The notes: generated by a model not told the origin, from the letters alone. Counted from the stretch's first letter, positions 25,612 through 38,324 are shown. The stretch: 64,000 nt of DNA from Solirubrobacterales bacterium (GCA_038326655.1 JBBQKG010000002.1:31797-95796); one strand, 5' to 3'. Numbers and translations: made by a program.

Positions 25612-27158
25612 TCTGCCTCGACCGCCACGCGGGCCGTGCGAAGCGTGCGATCACTCGCGCCGCGCAGGCTGCCGCCGTGCGCGAGGATCGCCTGGATGTA
25701 GTTCCAGGTCTCCTCCGTGATCCGCTCGCCGGGCAGCACGTTCGGGATGCCGGGCGGATAGGAGGCGAGCGACTCGGCCGCGATCCGCCCCACCGCCTGC
25801 GCCACCGGCACAACCTCCTGGCTGCCCAGAAAGGCCTCGCGCGGCGTCATCTCGAGGGGCCCCCACGGCGGTGGCGGGGTGAAGCGCCCATTGCCCACCT
25901 CCGGCTCGCCGCCGACGTGCTCGAGCGCGCGCTCGAGTGCGGCCACCAGGCGAGCCGCGCGCTCGGTATCGGTCTCCCCCATGCCGAACACCGCGACGAC
26001 CACGGTTTCGCCGGCGAGCTCGAGGTTGACGTCGTCCTGCTCGTGCATGAGGCGCGCGACCTGATATCCGCTGGCGCCCGTTCCACGCACGTCCACCGCC
26101 AGCCTCAGCGGGTCGTAGCCGTGCACTCCGGGGCGCCCTACGATGCGCTCGTCGAGCACGTCGAGGCCGGGCAGCTGACGGATCGCCTGACGCGCGCCCT
26201 CGAGCCCCCGCATCGTCTCGGAAAGCAGCGCCTCGCCCTCGTTGGCAGCGAAATGCCGCGCCGCGTCGAGCGAACCCAGCAGGAGCGAGTTCGGGCTGGT
26301 CGACTCGACCAGCGTCACGGCCCGGTCGACCAGGTATTCGTCGATCCGGCCCTCGGAGGTGTGCCCGAGATGCAGCATCGCGGACTGCGTGAAGCTACCG
26401 ACGATCTTGTGCGTGCTCGACACTACGAGGTCGGCGCCCGCCGCCAGCGCGTGCTCGGGGAGCTGCTGGTGGAAGGCGAGATGCGCCCCCCACGCCTCGT
26501 CCACCACGAGCGGCACATCGTGCTCGTGCGCGACGCTGCTCAGCCCGGCGACGTCGGCGACCGCGCCGAAGTACGTCGGCGACACGACGATCGCGCCGAC
26601 CGCGCCCGGGGTCTCCGCCAGGGCCGCGTCGAGCGAGTCGGGGGTCAGGCAGTGGGCGATCCCGAGCTCCGGATCGAGCTCCGGCGCCACGAAGGTGGGC
26701 CGCAGTCCCGAGATCACGAGCCCGTCGACCGTGCTCGAGTGGACGTTGCGCTGCACCACGACGCGCTCACCCGCCTGCGCCAGCGTCACGCAGGCGGCAT
26801 GGTTCCCCTGGGAGGCGCCGTTGATCAGGAACCACGTCCGCCGCGCGCCCCAGGCGCCGGCCGCGAGCAGCTGGGCCTCCTGGAACGGCGTCGGCTCCGG
26901 GCCGGTGTCGATGCCCTGGGTGAGTGCGGGGACGTCCATTCCGAGCGCCCGGCCGCCGAACGCCTCGAGCATCTCGGGGCTCGCAGCCCCGCCGCCCTTG
27001 TGGCCGGGGACGTGAAAGCGCCCCGGGTGGCGCCGCGCGTAGGCCCGCAGCGCGTCGAGGTAGGGCATCGCCGCCTGGGCGTCTGGCTCGGCCATCCGAT
27101 CGAGTGTAAGAGAGCCGTCTGGCATAACCTCCGTGGCCGAAGAGCCCGGATACGTCAC
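25608..27158 (-). CDS. Orn/Lys/Arg decarboxylase family PLP enzyme (arginine decarboxylase-like)
   Basis: 516 aa. HVPGHKGG motif and PLP-lysine motif SSTHKIVGS of the fold-I OKR decarboxylase family. The agmatinase directly downstream suggests arginine as substrate. An alternative ATG at 27125 sits next to GGAGG. Confidence 0.8.
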   Translation of the reverse strand: MTYPGSSATEVMPDGSLTLDRMAEPDAQAAMPYLDALRAYARRHPGRFHVPGHKGGGAASPEMLEAFGGRALGMDVPALTQGIDTGPEPTPFQEAQLLAAGAWGARRTWFLINGASQGNHAACVTLAQAGERVVVQRNVHSSTVDGLVISGLRPTFVAPELDPELGIAHCLTPDSLDAALAETPGAVGAIVVSPTYFGAVADVAGLSSVAHEHDVPLVVDEAWGAHLAFHQQLPEHALAAGADLVVSSTHKIVGSFTQSAMLHLGHTSEGRIDEYLVDRAVTLVESTSPNSLLLGSLDAARHFAANEGEALLSETMRGLEGARQAIRQLPGLDVLDERIVGRPGVHGYDPLRLAVDVRGTGASGYQVARLMHEQDDVNLELAGETVVVAVFGMGETDTERAARLVAALERALEHVGGEPEVGNGRFTPPPPWGPLEMTPREAFLGSQEVVPVAQAVGRIAAESLASYPPGIPNVLPGERITEETWNYIQAILAHGGSLRGASDRTLRTARVAVEAE

Positions 27159-27190
27159 AGATTTCGTCGAACGCCAGGAAGGAGCGGAGA

Positions 27191-28015
27191 ATGCTCAGCA
27201 GACACAGAGTCTTCATGCTCTCGATCATCGCCCTCGCCACGACAGCGCTCGTGGCAATCGGCTGCGGGGGCGGGGACAACAACGACAACGGCGGAAGCGC
27301 CGCCAAAGTCCCCAAGACGCTGACCGTGGGGTCGGACATCCCGTACACGCCATTCGAGTTCGGGAAGCCGCCCTATCAGGGCCTCGATGTCGACATCGTG
27401 AAAAAGGTTGCGTCGCAGCTCGGCAGCACCGCGAAGTTCAAGAAGACGCCGTTCGACACGATCTTCCGGGACCTCGCCCAGGGCAAGTTCGACATGGTCG
27501 CCTCGGCCACCACGATCACGCCCGAGCGAAAGAAGGAGGTCGATTTCTCGGATTCGTACTTCCCGGCCGACCAGTCACTGATGGTGAAGCAGGGAAGCGA
27601 CATCAAGACGGTCGACGACGTCGCCGGGAAGGTGATCGGCGCCCAGCTCGGGACCACCGGCGCCGACTACGCCAAGAACAAGACCAAGGCCAGCAGCGTG
27701 CGGACCTACGACCTCATCGACGATGCATTCAACGCGCTCGAGGCCGGTCAGGTCAAGGCCGTGATCAACGACTGTCCCGTGTCCAAGTTCGCCGAGCGGG
27801 CGCACAAGGACCTGGTCGTGGTGCAGGCGATCCAGACGAACGAGGAGTACGGGTTCGCCTTCCCAAAGGGCTCCGATGCCCTTCGAACAGCCGTCAACGA
27901 CCAACTCGCGAAGCTCAAGGACAATGGCGAGCTGGCGAAGATCTCCGACAAGTGGCTGGGAAACGAGCCCTGCGCGCTCCACGGAAGCTCGAGCGCATCC
28001 ACCGGCACGAACTGA
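27191..28015 (+). CDS. polar amino-acid ABC transporter substrate-binding lipoprotein
   Basis: 274 aa. Lipobox LVAIGC-GGG, family-3 SBP pattern (TVGSDIPYTPFEF, DMVASATTITPERKKEVDFSD). GGAAGGAG RBS upstream. Confidence 0.85.
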   Translation: MLSRHRVFMLSIIALATTALVAIGCGGGDNNDNGGSAAKVPKTLTVGSDIPYTPFEFGKPPYQGLDVDIVKKVASQLGSTAKFKKTPFDTIFRDLAQGKFDMVASATTITPERKKEVDFSDSYFPADQSLMVKQGSDIKTVDDVAGKVIGAQLGTTGADYAKNKTKASSVRTYDLIDDAFNALEAGQVKAVINDCPVSKFAERAHKDLVVVQAIQTNEEYGFAFPKGSDALRTAVNDQLAKLKDNGELAKISDKWLGNEPCALHGSSSASTGTN

Positions 28016-28021
28016 TCGGCG

Positions 28022-28067
28022 GAAGACGACCGTCTTCGAGAGGGGCGCCCCGCGAGGCGCCCCTCTC
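28022..28067 (+). promoter_or_regulatory. two consecutive intercistronic stem-loops between the binding-protein and permease genes
   Basis: Read directly: gaagac-gacc-gtcttc (28022-28037), then a perfect 12-bp stem gagaggggcgcc-ccgcga-ggcgcccctctc (28038-28067). There is no U tract. Likely a partial terminator or mRNA-stabilising element. Confidence 0.5.
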
Positions 28068-28102
28068 CGTACCATGCGCTCAAATCGAGCCGGGGAGCCT
28101 AA

Positions 28103-28834
28103 ATGGGCATTTTCTTTCATCAGTACTTCGACCTCGACATCATCCGGGACAACTTCAGTTTCGTGCTCGCGGGGTTCGGCCAGACTCTGCTGCTGTCGGT
28201 CGTCGGCGCAGCGCTCGCGATGTCCTGGGGACTGGTGCTCGCGCTCCTTCGCCAGTCGCCCGGCCGGCCGATGATGCCGGTCCGGGCGCTCGCGATCACC
28301 TACATCGACGTGCTGCGCGGGATACCGCTGCTGCTCGTGATCCTGCTGATCTCGGGCAGCATCCCGTTCCTGACCTTCCTACCGCAGACCCTTCGAGCAC
28401 CGGACTTCTTCGGCAAGCCGGACATCTTCTGGTTCGGAGTGCTCGCGATCGCGCTCACGTACGGCGCGTACTACGCCGAGGTCTACCGAGCGGGGCTCGA
28501 GGGGGTTCCATACGGACAGACGGAGGCTGCGCGCTCGCTCGGCATGAGTCACGCGCAGTCGATGCGGCACGTGATCGTGCCACAGGCGATCAGGCGCGTG
28601 ATCCCACCAATCCTCAACGACTTCATCGCGCTGATGAAGGACACCTCGCTGGTCCAGGTGATCGGGTACGTAGAGGTGGTGCGCGCCGGTCGTGAGGTTC
28701 AGGCCGAGACGTTCAACAGCTCCGCCCTGACGCTCGGCGCGCTGATGTTCATCGTCTTCACGGTCCCGCTCGCGCGGCTCGTCGACAGGCTGATCGCACG
28801 CCAGCAGGCCCAAACGCGCCGCGCCCCCGTGTAG
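28103..28834 (+). CDS. polar amino-acid ABC transporter permease
   Basis: 243 aa. His/Glu/Gln/Arg-type permease with the EAA-loop region ([32 protein letters not shown]). Confidence 0.85.
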   Translation: MGIFFHQYFDLDIIRDNFSFVLAGFGQTLLLSVVGAALAMSWGLVLALLRQSPGRPMMPVRALAITYIDVLRGIPLLLVILLISGSIPFLTFLPQTLRAPDFFGKPDIFWFGVLAIALTYGAYYAEVYRAGLEGVPYGQTEAARSLGMSHAQSMRHVIVPQAIRRVIPPILNDFIALMKDTSLVQVIGYVEVVRAGREVQAETFNSSALTLGALMFIVFTVPLARLVDRLIARQQAQTRRAPV

Positions 28835-29577
28835 TGGACGAGCCGGTTCTCGAGCTCGAGGACGTCCACAAGAGCTTCGGGAAGCTCGAGGTCCTGCGGG
28901 GCATCGACCTCACCGTGGGGCGCGGTGATGTGATCTGCGTGATCGGCCCGAGCGGGAGCGGCAAGAGCACCCTGCTGAGGTGCATCAACCTGCTCGAGCC
29001 GCCCGAGCGGGGGCGGATCGTGCTGGAGGGACGGGACATCACGCGCGCCCGGAAAGCGGAGCTGAACTTCGTCCGCCGCCGGATCGGGATGGTGTTCCAG
29101 CAGTTCAACCTCTTCCCGCACAAGACCGCGCTCGAGAACCTCACGGTGGCGCAGCGCACGGTGCTCGACCGCTCGAAGGACGAAGCGCTCGCGAAGAGCA
29201 GGGCGCTGCTGGAGCGCGTCGGGCTCGCCGACAAGATGGGCGAGTACCCCGAACGGCTGTCGGGCGGGCAGCAGCAGCGCGTCGCGATCGCGCGTGCGCT
29301 CGCGATGAACCCCCACGTGATGCTCTTCGACGAGGTGACGAGCGCGCTCGATCCCGAGTTGGTCAAGGAGGTGCTCGACGTGATGCGCGAGCTAGTGGCC
29401 GAGGGCATGACGATGGTGGTCGTCACCCACGAGATGGGCTTTGCCCGCGATGTCGCGGACAGTGTCGCCTTCATGGACGGAGGCGTGGTGGTCGAGCGAG
29501 GCACGCCCGAGCAGGTGCTGTCGAATCCAGGTGAGGAGCGCACGCGCCAGTTCCTGGGAGCCGTGCTCGGACACTGA
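28834..29577 (+). CDS. polar amino-acid ABC transporter ATP-binding protein (GlnQ-like)
   Basis: 247 aa. Walker [10 protein letters not shown], signature LSGGQQQR, Walker B MLFDEVTS. Confidence 0.9.
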   Translation: MDEPVLELEDVHKSFGKLEVLRGIDLTVGRGDVICVIGPSGSGKSTLLRCINLLEPPERGRIVLEGRDITRARKAELNFVRRRIGMVFQQFNLFPHKTALENLTVAQRTVLDRSKDEALAKSRALLERVGLADKMGEYPERLSGGQQQRVAIARALAMNPHVMLFDEVTSALDPELVKEVLDVMRELVAEGMTMVVVTHEMGFARDVADSVAFMDGGVVVERGTPEQVLSNPGEERTRQFLGAVLGH

Positions 29578-29596
29578 TGCGGCCCGGCGGCCGGCG

Positions 29597-30619
29597 TCAG
29601 CCGTCGAGCGGCGAGTCGGGACCGATCTTGACCAGCATCTTGCCGCGGTTCTCGCCCCGGAGCAGGCCCATGAACGCGCGCGGCGCGTTCTCGATGCCCT
29701 CCACCACGGTCTCCTCGTCCTTGATCAGCCCGTCGCGGATCCAGCCGCCCATGTCCCGAAGGAAGTCGGGCAGCCGGTCGAAGTGGTCGGAGACGATGAA
29801 CCCCCGGATCGTGAGGCGGTTGGCGAGCGCCGGCACGAGGCTCGGCCCCGGGGGCATGCGGGTTGCGTTGTACTGGGAGATGAGTCCGCAGAGGATCACG
29901 CGGCCGAAGGTCCGCATCCGCGGCAGGGCGGCTTCGAGATGATCGCCACCGACGTTCTCGAAGCAGACGTCGATCCCGTCGGGACAAAGCCGGTCGAGCG
30001 CGACCGCCGGGCTCTCCTCCTTGTAGTTGAAGGCCTCGTCGTATCCGACCTCCCGGGCCCGCGCGATCTTCTCGGCTGACCCGGCGCTGCCGACCACGCG
30101 GCAACCTTTGAGCTTGGCGATCTGGCCGACGATGCTGCCCACCGCGCCCGAGGCGGCCGAGACGAACACCGTCTCGCCGTCCTTCGGCTGCCCCAGGTCG
30201 AGCAGGCCCACGTAGGCGGTCCAGCCTGTGAGGCCGAGCACGCCGAGCGCCTTGGAGACCGGGGCCAGCGCGGGGTCGATCTTCATCAGCGACGAGCCGT
30301 CCGCGGTGTAGTACTCGCGCCAGCCCATCATGCTGTTTACCCAGTCGCCCTCCGCGAGCACGTTGCTGCGGGACTTCACGACCTGGCCGACCGCGCCGCC
30401 CTGCATCGTTTCCCCGACCCGGAAGGAGGGGGCGTAGGACTTCGTGTCGTTCATGCGGCCGCGCATGTACGGGTCGACCGACATGTACACGTTGCGGACG
30501 AGCACCTCGCCGTCGTCCGGCTCGGGAACCGGCGTCTCGGCCACGTCGAAGTCGCTGTCCTTCGGGAACCCGTTCGGGCGGGCCGCGAGCCGAACTTCCC
30601 GATTCACCCGCGAAGCCAT
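29597..30619 (-). CDS. NADP-dependent oxidoreductase (medium-chain reductase, YncB/CurA/prostaglandin-reductase-like)
   Basis: 340 aa. AASGAVGSIVGQIAKLKGCRVVGSAGS dinucleotide-binding motif and an N-terminal pattern typical of zinc-independent MDRs. Confidence 0.8.
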   Translation of the reverse strand: MASRVNREVRLAARPNGFPKDSDFDVAETPVPEPDDGEVLVRNVYMSVDPYMRGRMNDTKSYAPSFRVGETMQGGAVGQVVKSRSNVLAEGDWVNSMMGWREYYTADGSSLMKIDPALAPVSKALGVLGLTGWTAYVGLLDLGQPKDGETVFVSAASGAVGSIVGQIAKLKGCRVVGSAGSAEKIARAREVGYDEAFNYKEESPAVALDRLCPDGIDVCFENVGGDHLEAALPRMRTFGRVILCGLISQYNATRMPPGPSLVPALANRLTIRGFIVSDHFDRLPDFLRDMGGWIRDGLIKDEETVVEGIENAPRAFMGLLRGENRGKMLVKIGPDSPLDG

Positions 30620-30662
30620 CTCGGCCGGGACTCTATCCCAGCACCGCTGGGATGTCCGTGGG

Positions 30663-31546
30663 TCACCCCTCCGGGAGCGGCCGCGGCGGCCGCAGGCGCG
30701 GGACCACGTCGACCAGCACGATCGCGGCGAGGATCAGCAGCGCGCCCATCCAGGCGACCGCCGACAGCCGCTCGTCCTGCAGCAGGTAGCCGAAGAGGCC
30801 GGCGAAGGCCGGCTCGGCGGCCAGGATCAGCGCCGTGCGGGCGGGCGGCGCATGCTGCTGCGCGTAGCTCTGCACCAGGAAGCCAAGCGCGCTCGCGACC
30901 AGCGAGGTGACGATCAACGCGCTCCACACGGTCGTGCCGCGCGGCGCCTCGAGCTGGCCCCCGATCGCCGCCGCGACGAGGCAGAACACCCCGCAGGCGC
31001 CGAGCTGGATCGCGACCAGCGGGCCGACCTCGAAGCGCTCGACCGCCCGCGCCGTGACGAGGATGTGCAACGCGAACGCGCAGGCACACAGAAACACCAC
31101 ACCGTCACCGGAGAGCCTGAAGTTCCCGCCCGCCCCGGACAGCAGCAGAAGCCCGAGCGCCGACACCGCCGCTGCGAGCCACGCCGCACGTGGCGGGTGG
31201 ACCGCGAAGAAGAGCGCCCCGAAGACCGGCGTGAGCACCACGAACAGGCCGGTGATGAAGCCGGCATTCGAGGCGGTCGTGTGCTCGAGGCCCAGGGTTT
31301 GCGCGACGTACCCGCCCGTGAGGAACACGCCCATCACGAGGCCCGCGCGCCAGCCCTCCGCCGGGAGCCGGCGCAGGGAGCGGCGGAACACCACGGCCAC
31401 GATCGCGGCCGCCGGGATGAACCGGTAGGCGAGGAACGCGAACGGCGGCAGACGCTCGATTGCGTCCTGCACCATCACGAACGTGAGGCCCCAGACCGCC
31501 GCGATGCCGACCAGCGCCAGCTCCGGGAGCCGCGCCGGGCGGTTGG

Positions 31547-31550
<4 letters not shown>
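30663..31550 (-). CDS. EamA/DMT family transporter
   Basis: 295 aa with 10 predicted hydrophobic helices arranged as two EamA-like halves. Confidence 0.75.
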
Positions 31551-33661
<2,111 letters not shown>

Positions 33662-33706
33662 TGTGTCATGATCGAGTGCGCCCCGGGCGCCGGTGGCGTG
33701 CTCCCC

Positions 33707-34519
33707 TCAACCTCCAGCAGACCCGTCCGGGGGCTGGCCCGGGGACGGCACTTCCTCGATTTCCACGATGCCCTCGGCCAGCGCCACGGCGGTTTCGACG
33801 GAGTCGGCGAGGCGCTTCCTCGAGTCCGGCTTCATGATCAGCCGGTCCACCACCACCGCGATGTCGTGCTTGTACTTCTTGTCGAGGGCGATGTCCTCTT
33901 CGAGCAGCCGCAACTGGCCGTCGATCTTGGCTCGAGTGTAGCCCTCGGCGCGCAGCTCCTCGAGCAGGTCCTTGTACTCGCCCTTCCGCCCGCGCACCAC
34001 CGGCGCAAGGACCATGAAGCGCATCCCCTGCTCCAGCGTCATCACGTTGTCCACGATCTGCTCGACCGACTGGCCGGCGATCGGCGCCCCGCAGTTGTGG
34101 CAGTAGGGGTGGCCGATTCGCGCCCAGAGCAGGCGCAGGTAATCGTAGATCTCGGTGACCGTCCCGACGGTCGACCGTGGGTTCCGCGCGGTGGTCTTCT
34201 GGTCGATCGAGATCGCCGGGGACAGCCCCTCAATCGAGTCGACGTCGGGCTTGTCCATCTGGCCCAGGAACTGCCGGGCGTAGGCCGACAGCGACTCGAC
34301 ATAGCGTCGCTGGCCCTCGGCATAGATCGTGTCGAAGGCAAGGCTCGACTTGCCGGAGCCCGAGAGCCCGGTGATCACGATCAGGGCATCGCGAGGAAGC
34401 TCGAGGGAAACGTCCTTGAGGTTGTGCTCGCGCGCCCCGGAGATCCGGATGCGGTCGTCTACAGCCAAGACATCTTTGATTCTAGGAGGCGGGCGAAATG
34501 CCGCGTCCGGGCCCGGCAC
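33707..34519 (-). CDS. uvrA: excinuclease ABC subunit A, N-terminal about 270 aa (terminated by an in-frame TGA at 33707-33709)
   Basis: [15 protein letters not shown], Walker [24 protein letters not shown], then the CHNCG zinc module and the UvrB-binding region. Together with 31547-33661 it forms one full-length uvrA. A TTG at about 34467 is an alternative start that avoids overlap with the neighbouring gene. Confidence 0.9.
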   Translation of the reverse strand: MPGPDAAFRPPPRIKDVLAVDDRIRISGAREHNLKDVSLELPRDALIVITGLSGSGKSSLAFDTIYAEGQRRYVESLSAYARQFLGQMDKPDVDSIEGLSPAISIDQKTTARNPRSTVGTVTEIYDYLRLLWARIGHPYCHNCGAPIAGQSVEQIVDNVMTLEQGMRFMVLAPVVRGRKGEYKDLLEELRAEGYTRAKIDGQLRLLEEDIALDKKYKHDIAVVVDRLIMKPDSRKRLADSVETAVALAEGIVEIEEVPSPGQPPDGSAGG

Positions 34520-35453
34520 CGGCGACCGGGCGGCGGACCCGATACAGGTGCATCCGCCGGCTCAGGCCCTTGAAATTGAATTCCCCCGCGTCCGACCAGC
34601 GATAGCGGTCCCGCACCGCTTCGCGCAGCTCGCGGGTCGCGAGCACGCTGCCCGGCCGTGCCACGTCGGTCACCACCAGCCTCGTGGGCGGACGCACGGC
34701 CTCGAGTGCGATGTCGGTGAGGCGACCGAGCAGCCGCCCCAACTCGTTGATGTCGATCCGCTCCCCGAGCCAGGTGAAGCCGACCAGGTCGGCGAAGCCG
34801 ACGAAGACGTGGCGCGTGCTCGTCGACGCGCCATCCGAGAGCTCCAGCAGGCCGTACTGCTGGTTGCGGAGCTGATCGCGCATGTGCACGGTGAGCGTGT
34901 ACTGGAGCAGGGGGGCGGCGAGGGGCAGCAGCTCGCGCGCCGCCTTCACCGTGAGCGACGACAGCTCGTGCTCGTCCACCCCCTGGGGAAGCAGCCAGCG
35001 TGCGACCAGCATCCGCATCGCCTCGGCGCCCTGTGCCAGGCCCGTGCCGAGCACGCGGGTGACCTCCAGCAGCCCATCGTCGGGCAGGCCCGCCGCGCGC
35101 AGGCGGGCGAACACGATCGCGGCCTCGAGGTCCTCGTCGCCGACCGTCCTGTCGTCCGGCTCCGGAACCGCCAGGCCGATCGCTCTCCGCACCGCCATCA
35201 GGAACTCGAGCGGCAGGCCCGAGCGCTCGGCGATCTCACGCGGGGTGTAGCGCGCCTCGCCGGCCAGCACGCGGTCGATCGGCAACAGGCCGAGGCGGTT
35301 CTCGGCCGCCGCCCGCTTGAGCTCCTCGATTGCGAAGCCGTCGGCGGCGAGCTTTTGCAGCAGCGCCAGCCGCGCCTCGCGATCACGTCCCTCGAGGCCG
35401 TCGAGCAGCCCCTCCCGCTCGAACGTCTCGACCTGGTCCGGCGCACCGCTCAC
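34482..35453 (-). CDS. adenylate/guanylate cyclase-homology domain protein (cyclase domain internally shortened, probably non-catalytic)
   Basis: 323 aa. Helical N-terminal region, then [12 protein letters not shown] (first metal-Asp motif) and a C-terminal ...[15 protein letters not shown] strand motif, with only about 75 residues between them. Confidence 0.6.
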   Translation of the reverse strand: MSGAPDQVETFEREGLLDGLEGRDREARLALLQKLAADGFAIEELKRAAAENRLGLLPIDRVLAGEARYTPREIAERSGLPLEFLMAVRRAIGLAVPEPDDRTVGDEDLEAAIVFARLRAAGLPDDGLLEVTRVLGTGLAQGAEAMRMLVARWLLPQGVDEHELSSLTVKAARELLPLAAPLLQYTLTVHMRDQLRNQQYGLLELSDGASTSTRHVFVGFADLVGFTWLGERIDINELGRLLGRLTDIALEAVRPPTRLVVTDVARPGSVLATRELREAVRDRYRWSDAGEFNFKGLSRRMHLYRVRRPVAGAGPGRGISPAS

Positions 35454-35554
35454 GCGCCGTATTGGATCACTTCGCGTTCAAGCCCCGTCCGTGCCTGCGC
35501 GCCAACCGCGTGCCCGAGCCCGCCACCCTCCCCCCATCCCCACCGAACCATTGC

Positions 35555-36000
35555 TTGCATCGCGGCGTGTACGCGGTTGGGGCATTGCTGCCTGACGCGG
35601 GAAGCGCGCTGGCTCGCCGGCGGTGCCGGAGCGGTGCTCAGCCATCGTTCGGCGGCGTCGCTGTGGGGCATCCGCCAGTCCGACATCCTCGAGGTGACTG
35701 TTCCGGTTCACCGCGCGCGACCGCAGATCCGCACACACACCTCGTCGCCGCCGCCGGACGAAGTGACCGCCGTGCGGTCGATTCCCCTCACTGGCGTCGC
35801 CCGCACGCTGCTCGATCTCGCCGCGGTCCTCCCGGCCCGTCAGGTCGAGCGCGCGGTCAATCCGCGTTCCACGCGACGCGCAGCGTCTTCGAGCGCGATC
35901 GCGACCGCACACTGCACGCCGCCGGGTGGAGAGTGATCCGAGTGACCTGGCGCCAGCTCCAGGAGCCAGAGGCGCTCGCGGCCGACCTGCGGAAGATCCT
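35555..36000 (+). pseudogene. decayed DUF559 / very-short-patch-endonuclease-like gene remnant
   Basis: LHRGVYAVG is in one frame. After a 4-G run (35577-35580), HCCLTREARWLAGGAGAVLSHRSAASLWG...PLTGVARTLLDLAAVLP continues in another frame. After an apparent internal deletion near 35865-35875, the first frame resumes with FERDRDRTLHAAGWRVIRVTWRQL...LRKIL. There is no N-terminal region and no start codon. Confidence 0.6.
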
Positions 36001-36002
36001 TG

Positions 36003-38015
36003 CTAGCTTCGCCCGGTCGAGCCGGCGGCGCGATCGAGCTCGTGCCGGAGGTCCTTGATCTCGTCCCGGAGCTTCGCCGCGTACTCGAACCGGAGGTCCT
36101 CGGCGGCCGCGAACATCTCCTCCTCCAGCTCGACGAGCAGTCGCTCGAGCTCCTCGGGAGTGCGGATGTCCTCGTCGCGGTTCGCGCGCCGGCGGTTCGA
36201 GCGCGGCACCTGAGACTCGAGCGCAAGGAACTGCGTGATGTCGGAGATCCCCTTCTTGACGGTCTCGGGTGTGATCCCGTGCTCGCGGTTGTAGGCGAGC
36301 TGGATCGCGCGGCGCCGGTCGGTCTCACCGATCGCGGCCCGCATCGCGGTCGTCTCCGAATCCGCGTACATCAGCACCCTGCCCTTCACGTTCCGGGCCG
36401 CGCGCCCAATCGTCTGGACCAGGCTGGTCTCGCCGCGCAGGAAGCCCTCCTTGTCGGCGTCGAGGATCGCGACCAGCGACACCTCCGGCAGGTCGAGGCC
36501 CTCCCGAAGCAGGTTCACGCCGACCAGCACGTCGTACTCGCCGAGCCGCAGGTCGCGGATGATCTGAATCCGCTCGATCGTGTCGATCTCGGAGTGCAGG
36601 TATCGGGTCCGGACCCCGTACTCGAGCAGGTACCCGGTCAGGTCCTCGGCCATCTTCTTCGTGAGGGTCGTGACCAGCACGCGCTCGTTGATCTCCGCAC
36701 GAGCGCGGATCTCGTTCATCAGGTCGTCGATCTGGTGCCTCGTCTCGCGCACCTCGACCTCCGGGTCCACGATCCCGGTCGGCCGCACGATCTGCTCCAC
36801 GAGACGAGTCGAGTGCTCGCGCTCGTACGCGCCCGGCGTCGCCGACACGAAGACCATCTGCGGCACGCGCTTCAGGAACTCGTCGAAGCGCAAAGGGCGG
36901 TTGTCCATCGCCGAGGGGAGGCGGAAGCCGAAGTCGACCAGCGTCTGCTTGCGCGAGCGGTCGCCCTCGTACATTCCCCCGATCTGCGGCACGGTCTGGT
37001 GGGACTCGTCGATGAAGCAGACGAAGTCCTTCGGGAAGTAGTCGATCAGGGTGTGCGGCGGCGAGCCGGCGGGACGGCCGTCGAGGATCCGCGAGTAGTT
37101 CTCGATCCCGGAGCAGAAGCCCATCTCCTTGAGCATCTCCATGTCGTACTCGGTGCGCTGCCGCAGGCGGTGCGACTCGAGCTGCTTGCCCTCGGCCTCG
37201 AGCTCCTTGCAGCGCTCGTTCAATTCGTGCTTCATCTCCTTCAGCGAGCGCTCGATGATGTCCTCGGCCGTCACGTAGTGGGTCGCCGGCCAGATGTCGA
37301 CGTGGCCGAGGTCGTGATAGATCTCGCCCGTCAGCGGGTCGAAATGCTGGATCCGCTCGACCTCGTCCCCGAACAGCTGCACCCGATACGCGCTGTCGGC
37401 GTAGGCGGGATGGACCTCGAGCACCTCGCCGCGGACCCGGAACGTGCCGCGCGTGAGGTTCACGTCGTTGCGGGTGTAGCGCATACCCACCAGCTGCCTC
37501 AGCGTCGCGTCGCGATCGACCCACTCGCCCACCTTCAGGAGCAGCATCTTCTCGCGGTAGAGCTCCGGCGAGCCGATCCCGTAGATCGCCGACACGGAGG
37601 CGACGATGATCACGTCCTTCCGCGCAAAGAGCGCAGCCGTCGCGGAGTGGCGCAGCCGGTCGATCTCGTCGTTGATCGAGGAGTCCTTCTCGATGTAGAG
37701 ATCCTGGTGCGGGACGTAGGCCTCGGGCTGGTAGTAGTCGTAGTACGAGACGAAGTACTCGACCGAGTTGTCGGGGAAGAACTCCCGAAACTCGCTGCAG
37801 AGCTGCGCAGCCAGCGTCTTGTTGTGCGCGATCACCAGGGCCGGCTTCTGGACCTGCTCGATCACGAAGCCCATCGTGGCCGTCTTACCCGAGCCGGTCA
37901 CGCCGAGCAGCGTCTGGAACTGGTCGCCCGACCGCAGGCCCGCGGCGAGCTCGGCAGTCGCCTGAGGCTGGGCGGCGACGGGCTTGTAGGCAGGGTTGAA
38001 GCGGAAAGGCGGCAT
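36003..38015 (-). CDS. uvrB: excinuclease ABC subunit B
   Basis: 670 aa. Walker [13 protein letters not shown] box (FIDESHQT), helicase motifs, and a C-terminal UVR domain ([17 protein letters not shown]). Confidence 0.95.
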   Translation of the reverse strand: MPPFRFNPAYKPVAAQPQATAELAAGLRSGDQFQTLLGVTGSGKTATMGFVIEQVQKPALVIAHNKTLAAQLCSEFREFFPDNSVEYFVSYYDYYQPEAYVPHQDLYIEKDSSINDEIDRLRHSATAALFARKDVIIVASVSAIYGIGSPELYREKMLLLKVGEWVDRDATLRQLVGMRYTRNDVNLTRGTFRVRGEVLEVHPAYADSAYRVQLFGDEVERIQHFDPLTGEIYHDLGHVDIWPATHYVTAEDIIERSLKEMKHELNERCKELEAEGKQLESHRLRQRTEYDMEMLKEMGFCSGIENYSRILDGRPAGSPPHTLIDYFPKDFVCFIDESHQTVPQIGGMYEGDRSRKQTLVDFGFRLPSAMDNRPLRFDEFLKRVPQMVFVSATPGAYEREHSTRLVEQIVRPTGIVDPEVEVRETRHQIDDLMNEIRARAEINERVLVTTLTKKMAEDLTGYLLEYGVRTRYLHSEIDTIERIQIIRDLRLGEYDVLVGVNLLREGLDLPEVSLVAILDADKEGFLRGETSLVQTIGRAARNVKGRVLMYADSETTAMRAAIGETDRRRAIQLAYNREHGITPETVKKGISDITQFLALESQVPRSNRRRANRDEDIRTPEELERLLVELEEEMFAAAEDLRFEYAAKLRDEIKDLRHELDRAAGSTGRS

Positions 38016-38324
38016 CGCCTTTCTAGCTTAGAGCGCCCCTGATCAGCGCTGGAGCCCCGGCAAAAGACTCAGGCTCAGGGCACGAACAGGCCCGGGACCG
38101 CGAAGAGCGTGTTGTTTTCCAGCGTGCCGGCGTCGCCGTCCGCGCCTCCGTCGAAGACCTGCACCTGGCCGAGCTGCCGGACCGACCGCAGGCCACCGGC
38201 GACGGCGCCTGGCATGACCGCGTCTTGGGGGCGGTGGCCTCGTCTTCACGTTCCACGCAGGCAAGGTGTTGCCGGACCGGGAGTTCTATGACGAAGCCGC
38301 GGCCCTCGAAGCCGTGGGGCCGCC

